From positions 28,150,001-28,214,000 of the forward strand of contig CM052816.1 of assembly GCA_028534125.1 (NCBI GenBank): 64,000 nucleotides of DNA. Direction: 5' to 3'. This DNA comes from Lama glama (Eukaryota). Each line of letters opens with the position of its first letter. The stretch's first letter is position 1. The notes under the pieces are model-generated. The model did not search any database. It was given only the letters and a program-made list of their open reading frames with translations, and had not been told where the DNA came from. Positions 14,642 to 29,773 of this stretch are shown here, in pieces. Made by a program: the position numbers and the translations under genes.

Positions 14642-14979
14642 TACTCTTTATATACAACATATTCACTGGAATATTCTATAATAATCAGAAGAGTAATTAA
14701 TCCAATTTTCCCATTTCAGTTAGAGAGTAATCTAGCAAAATGGTCTTGTAAATACCATGAAGTAAATATCTATTTGCCGCTACTACTACTGAGAAAACAG
14801 TCTATGGCTTATTATTTTAGATACATGTATATTAAATGTATATATTTATCTATTTATGTATATATGTGTTGCAAAATTCATATTTTATGGCAAGACAAGA
14901 AAAATTTAAACGTAAGAAATATTCTCTGTCCTGTGGCCTCCTCTCTCCCCACTGTTACGCACTGTGTATGTATTATGCA

Positions 14980-15320
14980 TCAACCGAACCTCCCTCATTG
15001 GCAGAAACTCCTGCTCAAACAATGGAAAAGAGAAACATTCTCCTAGCACTAATGAGACAACTCCTTGAAAGATAACATTACCTCCTGATATTTTTAAGGG
15101 GCCATGATGATGCTTAGATCTAGATTGTGTAAACTGTTGATAATCTGTAGTTTAGTGCACAATTCTGTCTCAGAAAACTTACATAACTGTGCCTTGACTT
15201 CTAACAGGTGAAACAGTTCTCAGAGCTTTCTGAGATGCTGTTCCTGAGTTATAACCCTCAAATTTGGCTTAAATAAAATTATCTACCTATTTCATAAGAT
15301 GATTATTGATTCATATAATA
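14980..15320 (+). mobile_element. ERV LTR fragment
   Basis: LTR-like 3' part (cagttctcagagctttctgagatgctg…ccctcaaatttggcttaaataaaa). Confidence 0.45.
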
Positions 15321-17786
15321 TAAACAATGTAAACATACATGTTTATAGGTATGTGTGTATTTTATATAAGTATATACATATATGTGCCAATCCAGAGACA
15401 AATTTACCTAAGAAATTTATTCCAAAAATTGTATTTGCTACTACTTCTCAACTCCATAATTTATAATTTATATTTAAATTCTCAAATCCATAGCTACAAC
15501 CCTATAACCAATTTAATTCCTTATAAACACAAATGGAAATACTAAGATCTACTTCTTGGGCTGGTCAACACCACGATATTATGAAACATAGAACTGAATG
15601 GATTGCTAAAGTTTATCAGGTTTACTTTTTCAACAGAAATAGTAAAGAGTAAATTTTCAAGAGAACAGTTATCCATAAGGTTGTTGAATTTAAGTTAGAA
15701 GATGAGAATTCAACTGAGAAGTAATGAGTGTCTATGCATGTTTGTGAAATTTTCCTTATTTAAACTGAATAAAATTGAATAATAAGAAATGAAAAGAGTC
15801 ATCTAAACTAAGACACAGAGTGTTTGTAGCCTCACAGCACAAATGTACAAGTTGAAATGGAGTTTGGAGCAAACTGAAGAAGACAGGAGAAATGATACAG
15901 AACTCCATTAATCAAAGGCAACATAAAATATGCGGGAAGAAATTCCAAAAATCCCTACAGATGTTTTCCAACATGGAGTAATAAGAACTGGGTGTGTGTT
16001 GTACAGAAGACAAAGAATAGTATTTTTTTTCAGTCTATTTCATCAGGAATAGACTGCTGGGACAAAAGGACAAAAGGAAAGACTGCCAGGCTACACAGCA
16101 TCACTTTGCCCATTGACTTAGATCCTCAATAAGAAAGCCACAATTGAATGGTAAGGATTAAGAGTAGGGAACTGTGTATACACCTTTTGTATCAAAATTA
16201 TATGGCAGATCATAAGAAAGCTCTAGGCTGGAGAGGAGATAAAATAAATTCAATTTTCATGTCACCTAACCCCAAAGTGAGACAAGGGACACACCCACCA
16301 CTTTGTGGATGGAAAGAAATAGAGATATTCAACCAATTTTGATAGAATTTAGAAAAACTAAAAGAAAAATTTCACAGATTAACATTAACCATATCCATAA
16401 GTTCTTCCCCTCATAGCTAAATGCCTGAATGATGACTGCACAACAGACGTTCTTCAGTAAAGTTAATTAAATTCAAATAGGACCCAGGTAAACAGGCAGA
16501 GAAACAAGAAGAACCCATATACATGAGTTTCAGACAGCTTATGTAGATATTTCTTGTTCCTGATCAAAAAATGAGTAACAACAAACTAAATGGGAACTAT
16601 GGAATTGTTTCCTAGAAAGGGGGAAAAGAGGAGAGGCGGAGAGGGGGAACTATGAAAAGAAAAAAAGTCTTGCAAATAATAGATTTTAATTAATTAATTA
16701 AAGCATTTTGCTAAAAATGACCATATCTAAGAGTAGGAAATGGGGGATAGCTTGACTACAAAGGACCAGTGTAGGAGAATTTGGAGGGTGATAGAATGGT
16801 TCTGCATCATGTGGTGATGGATGCATGGATGTGTGAATGTGTCAGAACTCATAGAGCACAGTGGATTTTACTGCATATGAAGTTATAAAGACTTCAAGAA
16901 GGTGTGAGGATAACTCCAAATGGAATACTAACTATAAAAAATTAGACTTACTGTATTACAAATAAATAACAAAACTACATTGATGGTGTGGGGGAGAAAT
17001 GGATTAACGTAATTCACCTGAGAAAAACATTATCATGACTGGATTCTTTGAAAGTAAACACAAGGATGCAAGAGTAAAAGTCACTGAGCTATGAATCAGG
17101 GCCTGTGCTCCTCTACCAAAGTATGTGTCCAAGAAGGGTCACATCGACTTGGGGAAAGGGGTAACCTTTTCAGATTTGTACAAAGCGATTGTCACTTGTC
17201 AAGATACGTACTTGGATGACCAAAAATGCTACACAGGTAATGGTGGCCTTCCATAAGAATGGGAAGAAAAGTTCATAAATTTTTATTTCATCATGGTACA
17301 TCAAAGGCCATATGGCCATGAAAGTAATGGAAATATGATTACAGGAAGATATCAATAACTTAATTGCATCCTAAGCTGCAAATTAAAGAAGTATTGGGAG
17401 AAAAACCATAAAGTCCCTTTAAACAAGTTTGGGTGACAATTTTCTTCTTTGAAATTATGCATGCAAATTAGCAAATATAATTCTGAAATTAAGAATCTAT
17501 TTAATTTCATTTAACTTGATTCTTCAAGTATTGTGTACAGAAAAAAGTCGGAAGTAAAACACAACAAAATATTAACAGGTGTTATCTGGGTAAAGATTTA
17601 CAGGTGATTACAATTGCCATCATTTTTTTTTCCAGATTTTGTACAATTTTCAGACAAAAATGAATAAGCTGAAGTATTTCTACCATCAGGATCTCTAATT
17701 AATTACTTTTGCAACAATATTTCCAAATTTATATGCCTTTGAAAAATATTATATTATAAAGGCTTAATACAGTTTTCATTGCTGTA

Positions 17787-18172
17787 TGTCACAGACTGAG
17801 TATTTGTGTCTCGTTCAAATACTGACACTCCGACCCCCAATGTGTGAGATAGGCCTTTAAAGACATAATTAAGGATAAATGAGGTCATAAGAGTGGGCCT
17901 GGTTTAGTGTCCTTTTAAGAACAGACACGGGAGTCTGTGTGTGTGTGTGTCTGTGAGTGTGTGTGTGTGTGTGTTTTGTTTTTTTTAAGTAAAGGCCATG
18001 TGAGGACATGGAGAGAAGGTAGCTTCCCAAAAGTCAGAAAGAACCTATTTCTGAGACTAAATTTGCAGCCGCTATGATCATGAACTTCTAATCTTCACAA
18101 CTGTGAGAAAATAAATTTCTGTTGTTTAAGGCACTCAGTCTGTATTTTGTTATGGCAGCCCAAGCAAATACA
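17787..18172 (+). mobile_element. MaLR LTR (MLT1A-like) with internal (TG)n
   Basis: Typical motifs aatgaggtcataagagtgggcc, ggccatgtgaggaca, aactgtgagaaaataaatttctgttgtttaag; ends …aataca. Confidence 0.8.
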
Positions 18173-21100
18173 CTGTATATAATAGATTTTCAGAATGCAC
18201 TCATACCTTCTTACTATTTCTAGCACAGTTCTTCATTCATATCCAATTATTCCACTGAAGTATGAGTTCCAACTTCCTAGCAGTATCCTTTTTACTAATA
18301 TGGAAAGACATGTTTCTTGATAAGGTTTTCAATAACAATGAGTAGTTTAGGACATTTTTTTAGAAAAATTGCTGGAACTACAGCCTGTTCTCACAGAGAC
18401 CATGATGGGAGACAAATTATCTCTGCCCTTTTCCCAGACATTTCATGTTGCATGTGTTTCCATGGCATTATATTTTTTATAAACAAATGAATATTTCTTA
18501 AATTTCCCAGAATTTAAACTCAGCCCCTGCCTTACTCCAATCTATATACTTACAGAAACAAAGAAAATAACAAGACCCCGATCTTAATTCTATAGGCAAA
18601 TCAGTCAGATCCATAGTTTACTCTCTGACTATAAAGAAAAGCTTTAACAATCCTGAATTCAAATTTAGTGTATTAGTTTTGTGTAGCATTCAAGATATTT
18701 GTGTGATATTCCCATTTACAGCCCAGGATACATTAACACTAGGAAACAATAAGGATTCTAAAACATGTTTTAAATAAGGCATTATGGAAAAGATAAATCA
18801 TAATTACTATACTAAAATAAGATCATATAAAAATTGCATACATATATTTGAGGTTGGCAAAAGGCTACAAGTAAGAGACAAGCAGAGCTGCACTGCAGAA
18901 AGGAACTCTGAGATCTTCAGGTTTAAAAAGTCCGACCAGCACACGTATAGGTCATTCTCCATTTTTCCCTTTATGTCCCCTTTCCAATCGCCCTTACCTT
19001 GTTCAGAGCCTCGGGAAGTTGCTCTCTATGGACAAACACAAAAAGACTTTTTTAGCTTTTATCTTTGGTTTATGCTTGAACAATGAGCTGCTAGCCAAAA
19101 ACTCAAAGGGTGGGAGAAGAGAGCTGTCAGGGCACTTATCCCCCCAGCTCCCTTGCTGCTGAGACAGCTAGCTGTCAGTCCGAGTGTTATGCATGCTATT
19201 CTACCAAAGGCCACAAGTTCTGTACAGCTCCCCCAAAAGCGCTCCCCTCCAGCCCCTACAAACCCACAGGTAGAAGCAGCTTCCAACTACTGTTAGCCCT
19301 GAGCTTATTCACTTTCCCCTGTTGGTTTTCATTAACTTTTAAAAATCCTGTATTAAACTGAAGCCAAATGCCCCTTTTAAGTGCATGGTTGTCTGCTGGG
19401 AAATGAACTGACAGGAAAGATGAGATCCCTAAGTCATAGAGAGATAATAAGTGCAGGCTCATTTATCTTGAGCACATTATCATTTGCCTGTGGTCTTACA
19501 AAATTAAGAAGCTTTATGATAGTGATAATAAAGGCTGCCCTCAAAGTACTGAATCAAAAATAAAATTCCAAACTTCTAGTGTATGATAAAACCAAGAGTG
19601 TTCCTGTTCCATTTCATTAAACTGTTAAGCAAAAAGAAAACACAAAACCTATAAGCATTAGTCTATTCTTCAGACAAGAATCAAGAAGGCTCATAAAAGG
19701 CTTTTCATACTGTCCCCAGTCCGGTACCACAGGTTTAGGAGCTGTGATCACAATCATAGCGACACAGGTTAGTGGAAGAACCTAAGCTAGAACTAAGCCC
19801 TTTTCACATGTATGCTCTGTGACTGGTCCAGGGTCTGATCAGCAGGGATGACAGGCTCAATGTTCTTGGGAAAGTAAACTCAAGCCATATTCTGGAGATA
19901 CACGGGATGCAGAGAAGAGAAACTTCAATAGACATGAAGGATAAAACGAGTGGATTGCTAAATTAAAAGAGCACAGAGCCCTTGATCATAATAAAATGTC
20001 TCGATTCAATACTTCTTGTTGAATCCTATATCAAGTAAACAGAAATGAACACAAACATCAGTCCTCAGATTCCTAGTGAAGGTTAAGAGCCTGGGAAACT
20101 GCATAATATTCAGTACAAGTGAAACCACAATGACTATGAAGAGGTTTCCTGCAGAAATAACAAGGACGATTAACAAGAACACATTGGCTGCCTTAATTTT
20201 CCAATGTCATTGCCAAAAGCCACAAAATGAACTGTGAGCAGCAAGGAGTCCTCTCTTGCACTGCTGTTAACTAGATTTTAACTAATGACTTAGCAATAAT
20301 TTTTTACCAAAACAGTTCAAGTATTCAACCACATTTCTGACTTAATAGTGATTTCATTCAATAAACAATGTCACATCATCAGTGCAGAACCCTTTCATTT
20401 TTATCAACTCAAATTGTTTCCACAAGGTCAAACAGATTACACACAGTAACTACAGTATCAACATTCAAGTAAAAATGATAGATTACTTGCTGAAACAAAT
20501 GTTTAAAAAATTATGTATTTTCCTTGAGATATAAAGGTAATAAAACCCAGTTCGTTTGATCTCTCTCTGAGCTTCACGTTTCTTTATGAAGTTGTTTATA
20601 ACCTGCTGATTTTTATATGCCTGCTTTAGGAAGGACCACTACATCAGTACTCTGACCATCTCAGTTGGCTAACTAGGTGATACTTAATTTACGTACACAT
20701 CAGGAAAAATGTGACATTTTAGTGGGAAACAGAGTAAAGATTGCTAAAATGTTGGAGTAAGATGGGTATTTTTCTCTCCTTTCTAGAAATGAGGAAGTCA
20801 GAGAAGAATGGGCTATCAGATTTCTGTTCAGCAAGTCAAAGACGAGGGGCCTAGAGTTGTTTAATACATACCAGATGTGAGGAATAATAGTAGGATTAAA
20901 GAAAAAGGAGTTCTGAATCACGCATTGCTACAATTAAAAGGAAATGGAATTTTTTTTTATGTTAGTGCGAAGGAAAAATTAATCCATACTTAAACCTGTA
21001 CAAGAAAACTTTAATTTTATCTCACTAATAATCATTATGCTTTATAATATACCTGTAACCCACATAGACAATTTTCAGAGGGTGGGAACAAAAGATAAAG

Positions 21101-21868
21101 CCTATAAGGGAAAAAAAAGTTTCTAATGATTGTTGTTTATTCTTTTACTTGCTTTAGTCCTTCCTAGATGTTGGAATTTTTGACAGGGATTTTTAGAATT
21201 TTAGGTATTTAAAATTCACAGTCTTCTAGACAAGGAGGTTACTATTCTAATTTCTACATTGAAAGAGAAACTCCTTTCACAAAATGTTAGTATTCAGTTT
21301 GGTTTTACAGAGAAATTTTTGTGCTAAGTATTTCCATTCAGTTCCAATGTAGCATCAAACACTAGCAGATTTTAAAAATCTATGGATAAACTTTTCTTCT
21401 CTACCTCCCCTTTTTTTGGGGGGGGCTTGCATTGATTTACTCTACCTGATGAGGAGAAAATGGAAATTTAAAGAAATTATCTTCCAGGAAGTCATAAAAT
21501 TTTTAAATTCATCTTTATTGAACTTCATTTATCACTTCTTATTTTCATGCTATTTGCCTTTAAAGTTCATACACACTGTGGCCTTTGGAGTCTTCAATAC
21601 ACAGCTAAGGGTCTGTGGTTTATGTCACTTCTGTTTGACCGTCACTCTGACAGTGAACAGCCTCATTATACTCCAGTTGGGCACAAGTCTATTTTGGGTG
21701 CTTTACTCTGAAGACATGAAATGAACCAATTCCTGAGCATACCACTTAAGAGGAGGAACAATATTTTCATTCCAAAGAAATCAAACAATAATATGACATA
21801 TGTGCAAACATGTATGAATGGAGTTATTTATTGGTAAATTTATAATAGGAAAATAAGAAAATAAAATA

Positions 21869-23167
21869 ATGTAAATCAATGAAGTTAAAATACTCCCTCA
21901 CACCATACATAAAAATAAACTCAAAGTGGCTTAAAGACTTAAACGTAAGACAAGACACTACAAACTTTCTAGAAGAAAACATAGGCAAAACACTGTCTAA
22001 CACAAATCTCAGCAATGTTCTTCTAGGGCAATCTACCCAAGCAATAGAAATAAAAGCAAAAACAAACAAAAGCGACCTAATTAAACATAAGCTTTTGCAC
22101 AGCAAAGGAAACAATAAGCAAAACAAAATGACAACCTACAGAATGGGAAATAATCTTTGCAAAAGATGAGATTGACAAAGGCTTAGTTTCCAAAATATAT
22201 AAGCAGCTCATACAACTTAGTAAGAAAAAAACAAACAACCCAATCCAAAATTGAGCAGAAGACCTAAACAAGTAATTCTCCAATGAAGACAAATGGCCAA
22301 TAGACACATGAAAAAATACTCAATATCGCTAATTATCAGAGAAATGCTTATCAAAACTACAATGAACTATCACCTCACACCAGTCAGAATGACCATCATT
22401 CAAAAATCCATGAACAATAAATGCTGGAGAGGGTGTGGAGTAAAGGAAGCCTTCATACGCTGTAGGTGGGAATGTAGTTTGGTGCAGCCATTATCGAAAA
22501 CAGTATGGAGATTCCTCAAAAATTAAAAATATACTTATCATATGATCCAGCAATCCCACTCCTGGGCATATATCCAGAGGGAACCTTAATTCAAAAAGAC
22601 ACATGCACCCCCATGTTCATAGCACTATTTACAATAGCCAAGACATGGAAATGACCTAAATGTGCATCAACAGATGACTGGATAAAGAAGTTGTGGTATA
22701 TTTATACAATGGAATATTACTCAGCCATAAAAACGACAACATAACACCATTGCAGCAACATGGATGCTCCTGGAGAATGTCAGGTCTAAGTGAAGCAAGC
22801 CAGAAAAAGAAAAATATCATATGAGATCGCTCATATGTGGAATCCTAAAAAAAAAAAACAAAACAAAAAAACAACAAAGCATAGATACAAAACAGAAACA
22901 GACTCATAGACATAGAATACAAACTTGTAGTTGCCAAGGGGGTGGAGGGTAGGAAGGGACAGGTGGGATTTCAAAATTGTAGAACAGCTAAACAAGAATA
23001 TACTGTATAGCACAGGGAAATATATACAAGATCTTATGGTAGCTCACAGAGAAAAATATGTGACAATGAATATATATATGTTCATGTATAACTAAATTAT
23101 GCTCTATACTGGAATTTGACACAACATTATAAAATGATTGTAAATCAATAAAAAACGTTTAAAAAAA
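21869..23167 (+). mobile_element. 5'-truncated LINE-1 (ORF2 C-terminus + 3' UTR)
   Basis: ORF2 peptides (LTPYIKINSKWLKDLNVR…LEENIGKTL); 3' UTR similar to the copy at 12785; A tail. Confidence 0.93.
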
Positions 23168-25319
23168 GTATATTTGTTCTTTCACTCAGTCATCAATGGA
23201 ATCTTAGTTCCTTTTGTACATTCTGATATATAGGTGATTTTCTTATTATATTAATATTCCCATAATTAACCAATTTGTGAACACTGTCCTTGTCTACATT
23301 TTTCTATCCCTTATCTGAAAAGTCTGAGTCATTTTGTTTTTGGTATGTCCCATTGCAAAAGTGTAGAGTGGCATATGTTGTTTTTGTGTCCTCACTGAAC
23401 ATGAGAATCACTAATGTTTAGTGGAAGGATTTTATCCAAACTCAGTTATTGTGATTACTGATTGATAGTTTTACTTTACATTTGTTATTTACTCTCTCTT
23501 CTAATTGTTCTAATCTATTCCTATTTCTTTCCTGGGTGTTTTGGTTTGTTGGTCTTTTTTTTAAAATTTATTTATTCTTCTTCTTTTCTTGTGTTTTGGA
23601 TGATTTTCAGCCTTTTCTCTATTTTTCTAGTTGAATACCCTAACTTTATTACAGAAAAATTTACATACACTAACACCAAGTAGGTACTTGCCTTTAAAGT
23701 ACCTATTTTGCTCTTGACTATTTTCATCCTTACATATATCTGAGCAATTATTTAGTGCTATGTTTTGTTGTACTCCCTTTTAGAAGCTTTTTGGATCTAG
23801 TAATTTTTTCTTAGGCACTAGTAATAATAATAAAAACTTTGAAATTGTTCTGATCCTATTCCTATGTTTGCTTACAGTATATCTTATTTCTTCGATTCCT
23901 GAAAACAGTTTCAAAATAAACCTACAATGTCACTTTCATTACTGTAGAAAATGTTTTCTGCTACTCTTTTTTGGCTGGAATGAATCTTTTCGACATGTCT
24001 TTCTTAAGCTTTAGAATATTTTCTTTCACTATTTACTTGATTCTTTGTTCCTTTTATTCCTTGTATTCTCTTGGTTTGAAACTTGTATCACAAAAATTCC
24101 AGATGAAGTTTCAATATTATTTCCCTAGATCAATCTTTCAGCTAAATAATTTCCCTAATCTCTCTTATTATACCACTTAATCCTTCCTGTTGAGGTTTAT
24201 TTAGTTGACTGTTTTCCATCTGCAACCAAGTTCTAACCTGCAAGATCTCAATTTTTTTTAGTGGTAGCCTGCTTTTGTTTTATGGATATTATATATCTTT
24301 TATTTTTATGAAATTATCAATTATACTTGTTTAAAGTGTTCTCAGCCTTTTATTTTGTCTTTTTAGAGAATTTACTTTTTTGATGTTTTTCTTTCATAAT
24401 TTGGTTTCCCTCTGATTAATTTGGTAATAAAATGTTGCCTGATTTGTTGATGATTATGTCTTAAAAGTACATTAGAGAGTACTTGTTATAGTTAATCTGC
24501 TATAGATTATACATTGCTATGAAAGAACACCGCATCAGCTTATTTTGATTGATTAAATATTTAAATATTTTATATATACAAACACATATATTCATTTTTA
24601 AGATCAAATTATTACATTAATCATGACATAACCAAAACAAATCTTTTATTAAAATAGCATCTTTGAATTTCGAGTTTCAAAGGAAATTTTTTATATTGGT
24701 CAGACTCAATTTTTTAAAGATCATTTTTATCTAATGAATTATCTAAGAGCATGCTAAGATAAGTATTAATTCAATCAAGTTGAGGTTATATTTAACATTT
24801 TTAGTTAAGTATATTACTGTTACTCTTGATACTTAGACAGAGTGATAATTTTCACACTGTCAACTTCTTGACTTACTTATACCCAGAAAAAAACCTAATT
24901 ATTTGAAAATCACATTTTTAAAACTAGGATGTTAACTTTTCAGTGTTTAATGTGTTTTGATGCTTCACCTCCTTTCCTTTAGAGCACTTAAGATATTCAC
25001 CTAAGTAATAATATTCTGACATATATTCTGCTATCTATCTATATAAAATCCTGGACTGTGACACAACTTCATTTCAAACAATCTCTTTAAGTCTTTAAAA
25101 AAATAAACAAAACATTATAAATGTCAGAACTGCCTCCAGTGAATTCATGCCCTGTTAATGTCTGCCTCCTCCACCCCAGCAAGGAGAGGGTACCTGCACC
25201 CCCACCATTACCTGTGTTGTAACCTATCACAGTTAACATCTCCCAACTCTAGAGGTGAACCATGTTTTAAACAGGGTTTTGAGGACTATTCTGAAACTAA
25301 AGATACATAATTGCTCCAA

Positions 25320-26040
25320 CAATAAATATAATCCAATCCCAAATATATGGCATATAAACAAACTTATGGTTATATAGTAAGGTAGGATGGTAACAGAATA
25401 TGTATGTTTTAATAGATACTGCTTTCATTGCAAATAGCTGGCAGCAACCAAGAGGTCCTTTAGAAGGTGGGGAGATAAATAAACTGTGGTTCATGTAGAG
25501 AACGGGATATTATTCAGCACTAAAAAGAATTGAGTTATTAAGCCATGAAAAGACATGGAGAAACCTACATGCATACTACTAAGTGAAAGAAGCTCATGTG
25601 AAAAGGCTACATACTGTATGATTCCAACTACATGACATTCTAGAAAAGGGTAAAACTATGGATGCAATAAAAAGATCAGTGGTTGTTGGGAGCAGGGTGT
25701 CTGTGTGTGGTGTGTGTGTGTGTATGTGTACAGATGAATAGGCAGAGCACAGAAGATTTTTAGGGTAGAAAATGGATACATGTCACAACATATTTGTACA
25801 AACCCAAAAAATGTACAACATCCGTAGAGAATTCAAAGGTAAACTATGGACTAGGTAATTGTAATTTGTCAATGTAGATTCATCTTTGGTTAAAAAAAAT
25901 TATACTCTCTGGTGAGTGATGCTGATAATGTCAAAGGATATGCATGGATAGCAGAGGGTGTATATGGGAAATCTCTGTACCTTCCTCTCAATTTTCTTGT
26001 CAACTTAAGGCTAATCTAAAAAAAAGCCTTTAAAATGTTT
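25320..26040 (+). mobile_element. Old LINE-1 3' end (L1MC/MD-like)
   Basis: aaaaggctacatactgtatgattccaactacatgacattctagaaaagg… and gggaaatctctgtaccttcctctcaatttt motifs. Confidence 0.7.
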
Positions 26041-28472
26041 TTAAAGATACTGCTAAGAGTTTTGTCTGAAATTAAAGAGCTTTAGGTGATTTGTAAAAGT
26101 AACTACGCTTACTGTCTTATGAAAGTGAAATGGTTATCCATTTGGATGCCTTTCTGGCACTTTGAAAAAAGACATAAGCACTTGAGGAAAAAACATCCAA
26201 CTCAATATTCTTGAGTGGATTACTACTCTTGAACCTGACCATCTTAGGAGAAAACATTCCTGCTAATACCTGGGTGTTTTGAGGAATTTGTACAGATAAA
26301 TTAGAAGAGCTGAGGGAAGAAACTCAACTAAAAGATGAGGAGTTCCTCTTGCTCAGGATGAAAAACCAACAAATTATCTGATACAAAATGTTAGTAGTGT
26401 GTGAGCTGAAGAACTCTGCCATAGAGGAGTGACAATCACCACACAACCAGAGAAGAGCTCATAAACAAGGCAACATGATGACAAGGTCAAAGGCAGGATG
26501 CTGCTGCTAGCCAGGACCTGGGGTACAATCCACATTAACAGAGGAGACGTAGGAGAAATGTACTAGGAAGGTGAGGGAGAAAACAAAGGGGTGATTTCCT
26601 TGGGGCACAAACAGAGGTAAGAGATCTTAAGAATCTTGTGTATATTACAAGGTTTTTTTGTGCCCAGCTGTTCACCAAAAATTATCCCAGACTTCTTGAT
26701 AGAGGCCCAAGTGATATAAAGGTAAAATCCCCATCACAAAACCAGTAACTCCATAGATAACTATAAAACTAATGGTGTTAAAATATGACCAAACCCTAAA
26801 TTTACATGGGGATAGAGGGAAAAAAAGAGGATGTAGTATACTGACACTGGGCATTTTCTTCTATTCTACCCTCTTCAAAACTACAGGTTTGTATTTTTTG
26901 AAAATGTAATAAATCTATACTATCTTTTTCTAACTTTCCAATCTGTGAAGCATGAATCATGTTAGCCAATGTATCTCATCAAAGACAAGACATAGTTATC
27001 ACATTTCAGCAGAGACACAGAACATGACAAATTATTAACACTGGATTGAGGAGCAATTTTGTCACAGACAAAATGATTTTTCTTGTAAAAGTCAAGAGAC
27101 AGACATCATCATGTCTGCTCCTTTTAGAAAGCTATATATCTTTGTTACTTTGGGAAACTGTCCATCCATAGAGTCTCTGAATTTTTAAGCAGACAAAAGA
27201 ATGTGAAGATGACATGAGAGGAGAGGCAAGAGCAGTGGCTCAGGACCATGTTAATGACAACACAGTAAAATGAGTAATGGAGCAATGGTGCGAAATAAGC
27301 AAGGACAGAGAGCACAGCACCTGTACATTATAGTTAAAGCTTAACAAAAGAGCATGTCTTATATTTTGATCCACTGCCTCTCTGGTATTACAACTGAGGA
27401 ATGAACAGACGACTGTTGTTATGGGAAAGCAGGATTTTGCAGTGCCTGAAATCACATCAGCAAGCTATTATTTTAATGTCTAACGTCAATTCTACGCTCA
27501 TAGATGTTCATAGCAGTGGTGTCAATATTTATGGATCCCAAATGCTGGATGCATTTCCACTGTTCTTGAACAAAAGGGAGATTTGCCTCACTACCTTTAA
27601 CCATAAGTCTTGAGGCATGAAAAACAGAGAGACTTTGACCCTGAAATAGGACTACGTCTGTATTCCTGATCTCTCATCCTTGGCTGGGGTCCATTTAAAA
27701 TCAAGAATTTGTACAAGATACAATCATTTTGGTGCCCACTATGTTGTTATGTATACACTGGTGGCTAGTCAATGCTATTACCCTCTGCTTCATTAGTTCT
27801 TAACAGATCAAGGTTGAAGAACAAATATTTCTCCACAACAGACTGATCAATAGATTTAAGATAATTTTAAAACAAGGTGCCAAGTACAAAGATTGTAAAA
27901 ATAAAAACTACTCTTCCAGCAAGTTGCTGAGACTCAAGATTTAACACAAAAGGTTAGAAATCATGAAATGTCTGATTGTATCAGATACACTAAAAGTTTT
28001 ATTTATAAAACACAATGTGAAATAATGAGATAGTACACCAATTTGCCATCTATGTCTGGGGCAAATACTGATCTCCCAAGTGACACTGGTGGAAAATAGA
28101 CAAATATTAAAGATAAATGTAAGCTTTTAGAAATAAAAGAGGTAATACAGTAAAACAAACATATGAATTTGGCTAAAAATAGTGAAATAATAACTACTTT
28201 AAATAGTTTACCAAACACCATATTTAACTATCCCTTTACTCAGTTTTATCATCTTGAGGCTAAAAGTAAAATCTACCTTATTGAAGCCAGATTTACTTAA
28301 GACAGAGATATTTCATGTTGTATCAATTATCAGCGCAATCTATTTCCAAACACAGTGAAAAAAATAAACTAGCAACAAGGAAAGCAGCCACAAATAAATA
28401 GGCACCAATTTTAAGCCTAAATAAAATATCCAAGTAAAATAAAACTGCAGTGGGTTCAATCCTCTGCAAAAG

Positions 28473-28604
28473 AGGACATTTGTAAAATATTAAGAATGAT
28501 AGTTTCATAGACATTAAAGTTTTAAAGGAATCAGATAAAGGACATTTGTAAAATATTAAGAATGATAGTTTCATAGACATTAAAGTTTTAAAGGAATCAG
28601 ATAA
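28473..28604. repeat. Perfect tandem duplication, 2 x 66 bp
   Basis: aggacatttgtaaaatattaag…aaaggaatcagataa at 28473-28538 and 28539-28604. Confidence 0.95.
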
Positions 28605-29169
28605 AATCACATTTTAGTTACATATGAACACAAAATTTTTAAATGTTGATGTTTTTAGAATCTTACCTATGCTTCAAAGAAATGTAAAGACTCACGTGTG
28701 TGTATGTGCACATGTGTATAAAACATAACTTACATTTTATAATTTCATATTGTAGTTTCATTTTTGAAAAGAGTACTAATGCTAAAACTAATGGATAATA
28801 TTACTTCTTACACCAGCATCAAAAACATTGTTCAAACCTGTGAAACTTCTGAATTTTACTCTACCAGCAAGCTAAGATGTTAGCTGCCACAGTTCGATGA
28901 ATGATGGTAGAAGACATAAAACCCCTGGGACAGTGACAAAGGAGTTCATTACTTATAGCCCAGAAGGCAGCAGGGTCATGACATTCCTATTTGTTTCCCT
29001 TGCCCCTCCTGGACCACAGGGCTGAGGCATAGTTGCTAAACTGGATGCTGTACTGGCTACAGTTTTGCATTAGAGCTGAGTCAGTCCCTGACTCTTACAT
29101 GCTATCATTAATCACAACACCAATTTATCAGTGATGATGATAAGGATGATGCTGCTGCTGATGTCAGAA

Positions 29170-29380
29170 AACACATTAAGAGCTTACTGTGGCCAGGTTC
29201 CATACTAAATGTTTATCATTATATTATGAAATTTTCACTGTAGCACTGAGATGTAGGAACTATTGGTATTTGCAGAGGATGATGGGACATAAGCAGAGGA
29301 AACTTCATAAACTGAAGTCCACAGAAAAGAAATCCTAGATGCCTGGTTCCAGAGCTCATGGTTTAATCACTCTGCTCAAG
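29170..29380 (-). mobile_element. MIR-like SINE fossil
   Basis: gagcttactgtggccagg…ttccagagctcatggtttaatcact resembles the MIR antisense pattern. Confidence 0.5.
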
Positions 29381-29601
29381 TCCTTTTTCTCATGATGAAG
29401 CTACTTGTAATTTGGAAACTTTAATAGACAATTGATCAAATTTCTCTTCAAAAGTCTAAAAACTATCCAATAGGAATCACATGTGACTGGTAAGTTTTGC
29501 TACTATATTTAAGCAACTTATATACTAAGAACTACACACAAAAGATAAATTTTATGTATCACAATGAAAGAATACGTAACTTATGCAGGCTTCATGCAGG
29601 A

Positions 29602-29773
29602 CAGTGATTTTCAAGGTACAGTCCTTGGACGAGCAATATCAACATCCTTAGGCCATTTGTTAGAAATACAAATTATAGTCACCATCACCACTGAATTGCA
29701 AACTCAGGAGATGTATTCATGAAAACTGTTTACCAAGCCATCCAGGTATCATGCGTAAGTTTAAAAACCACTG
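29602..29773. mobile_element. MER5A-like hAT-Charlie DNA transposon fossil
   Basis: Terminal inverted repeats cagtgattttcaa / tttaaaaaccactg; internal ttgttagaaatacaaat. Confidence 0.75.

Noticed and set aside
14516..15046. 176-aa ORF
   Set aside because: Non-ATG start, runs from an LTR into AT-rich sequence, no recognisable domain.
18850..19420. GC-richer block with several overlapping short ORFs
   Set aside because: Looks like an ancient LTR-type repeat, but I cannot assign a family; no coding or splice support.
28323..28610. ORF with a 22-aa repeat; CRISPR-like array
   Set aside because: Just the 66-bp duplication; eukaryotic DNA with no spacers.
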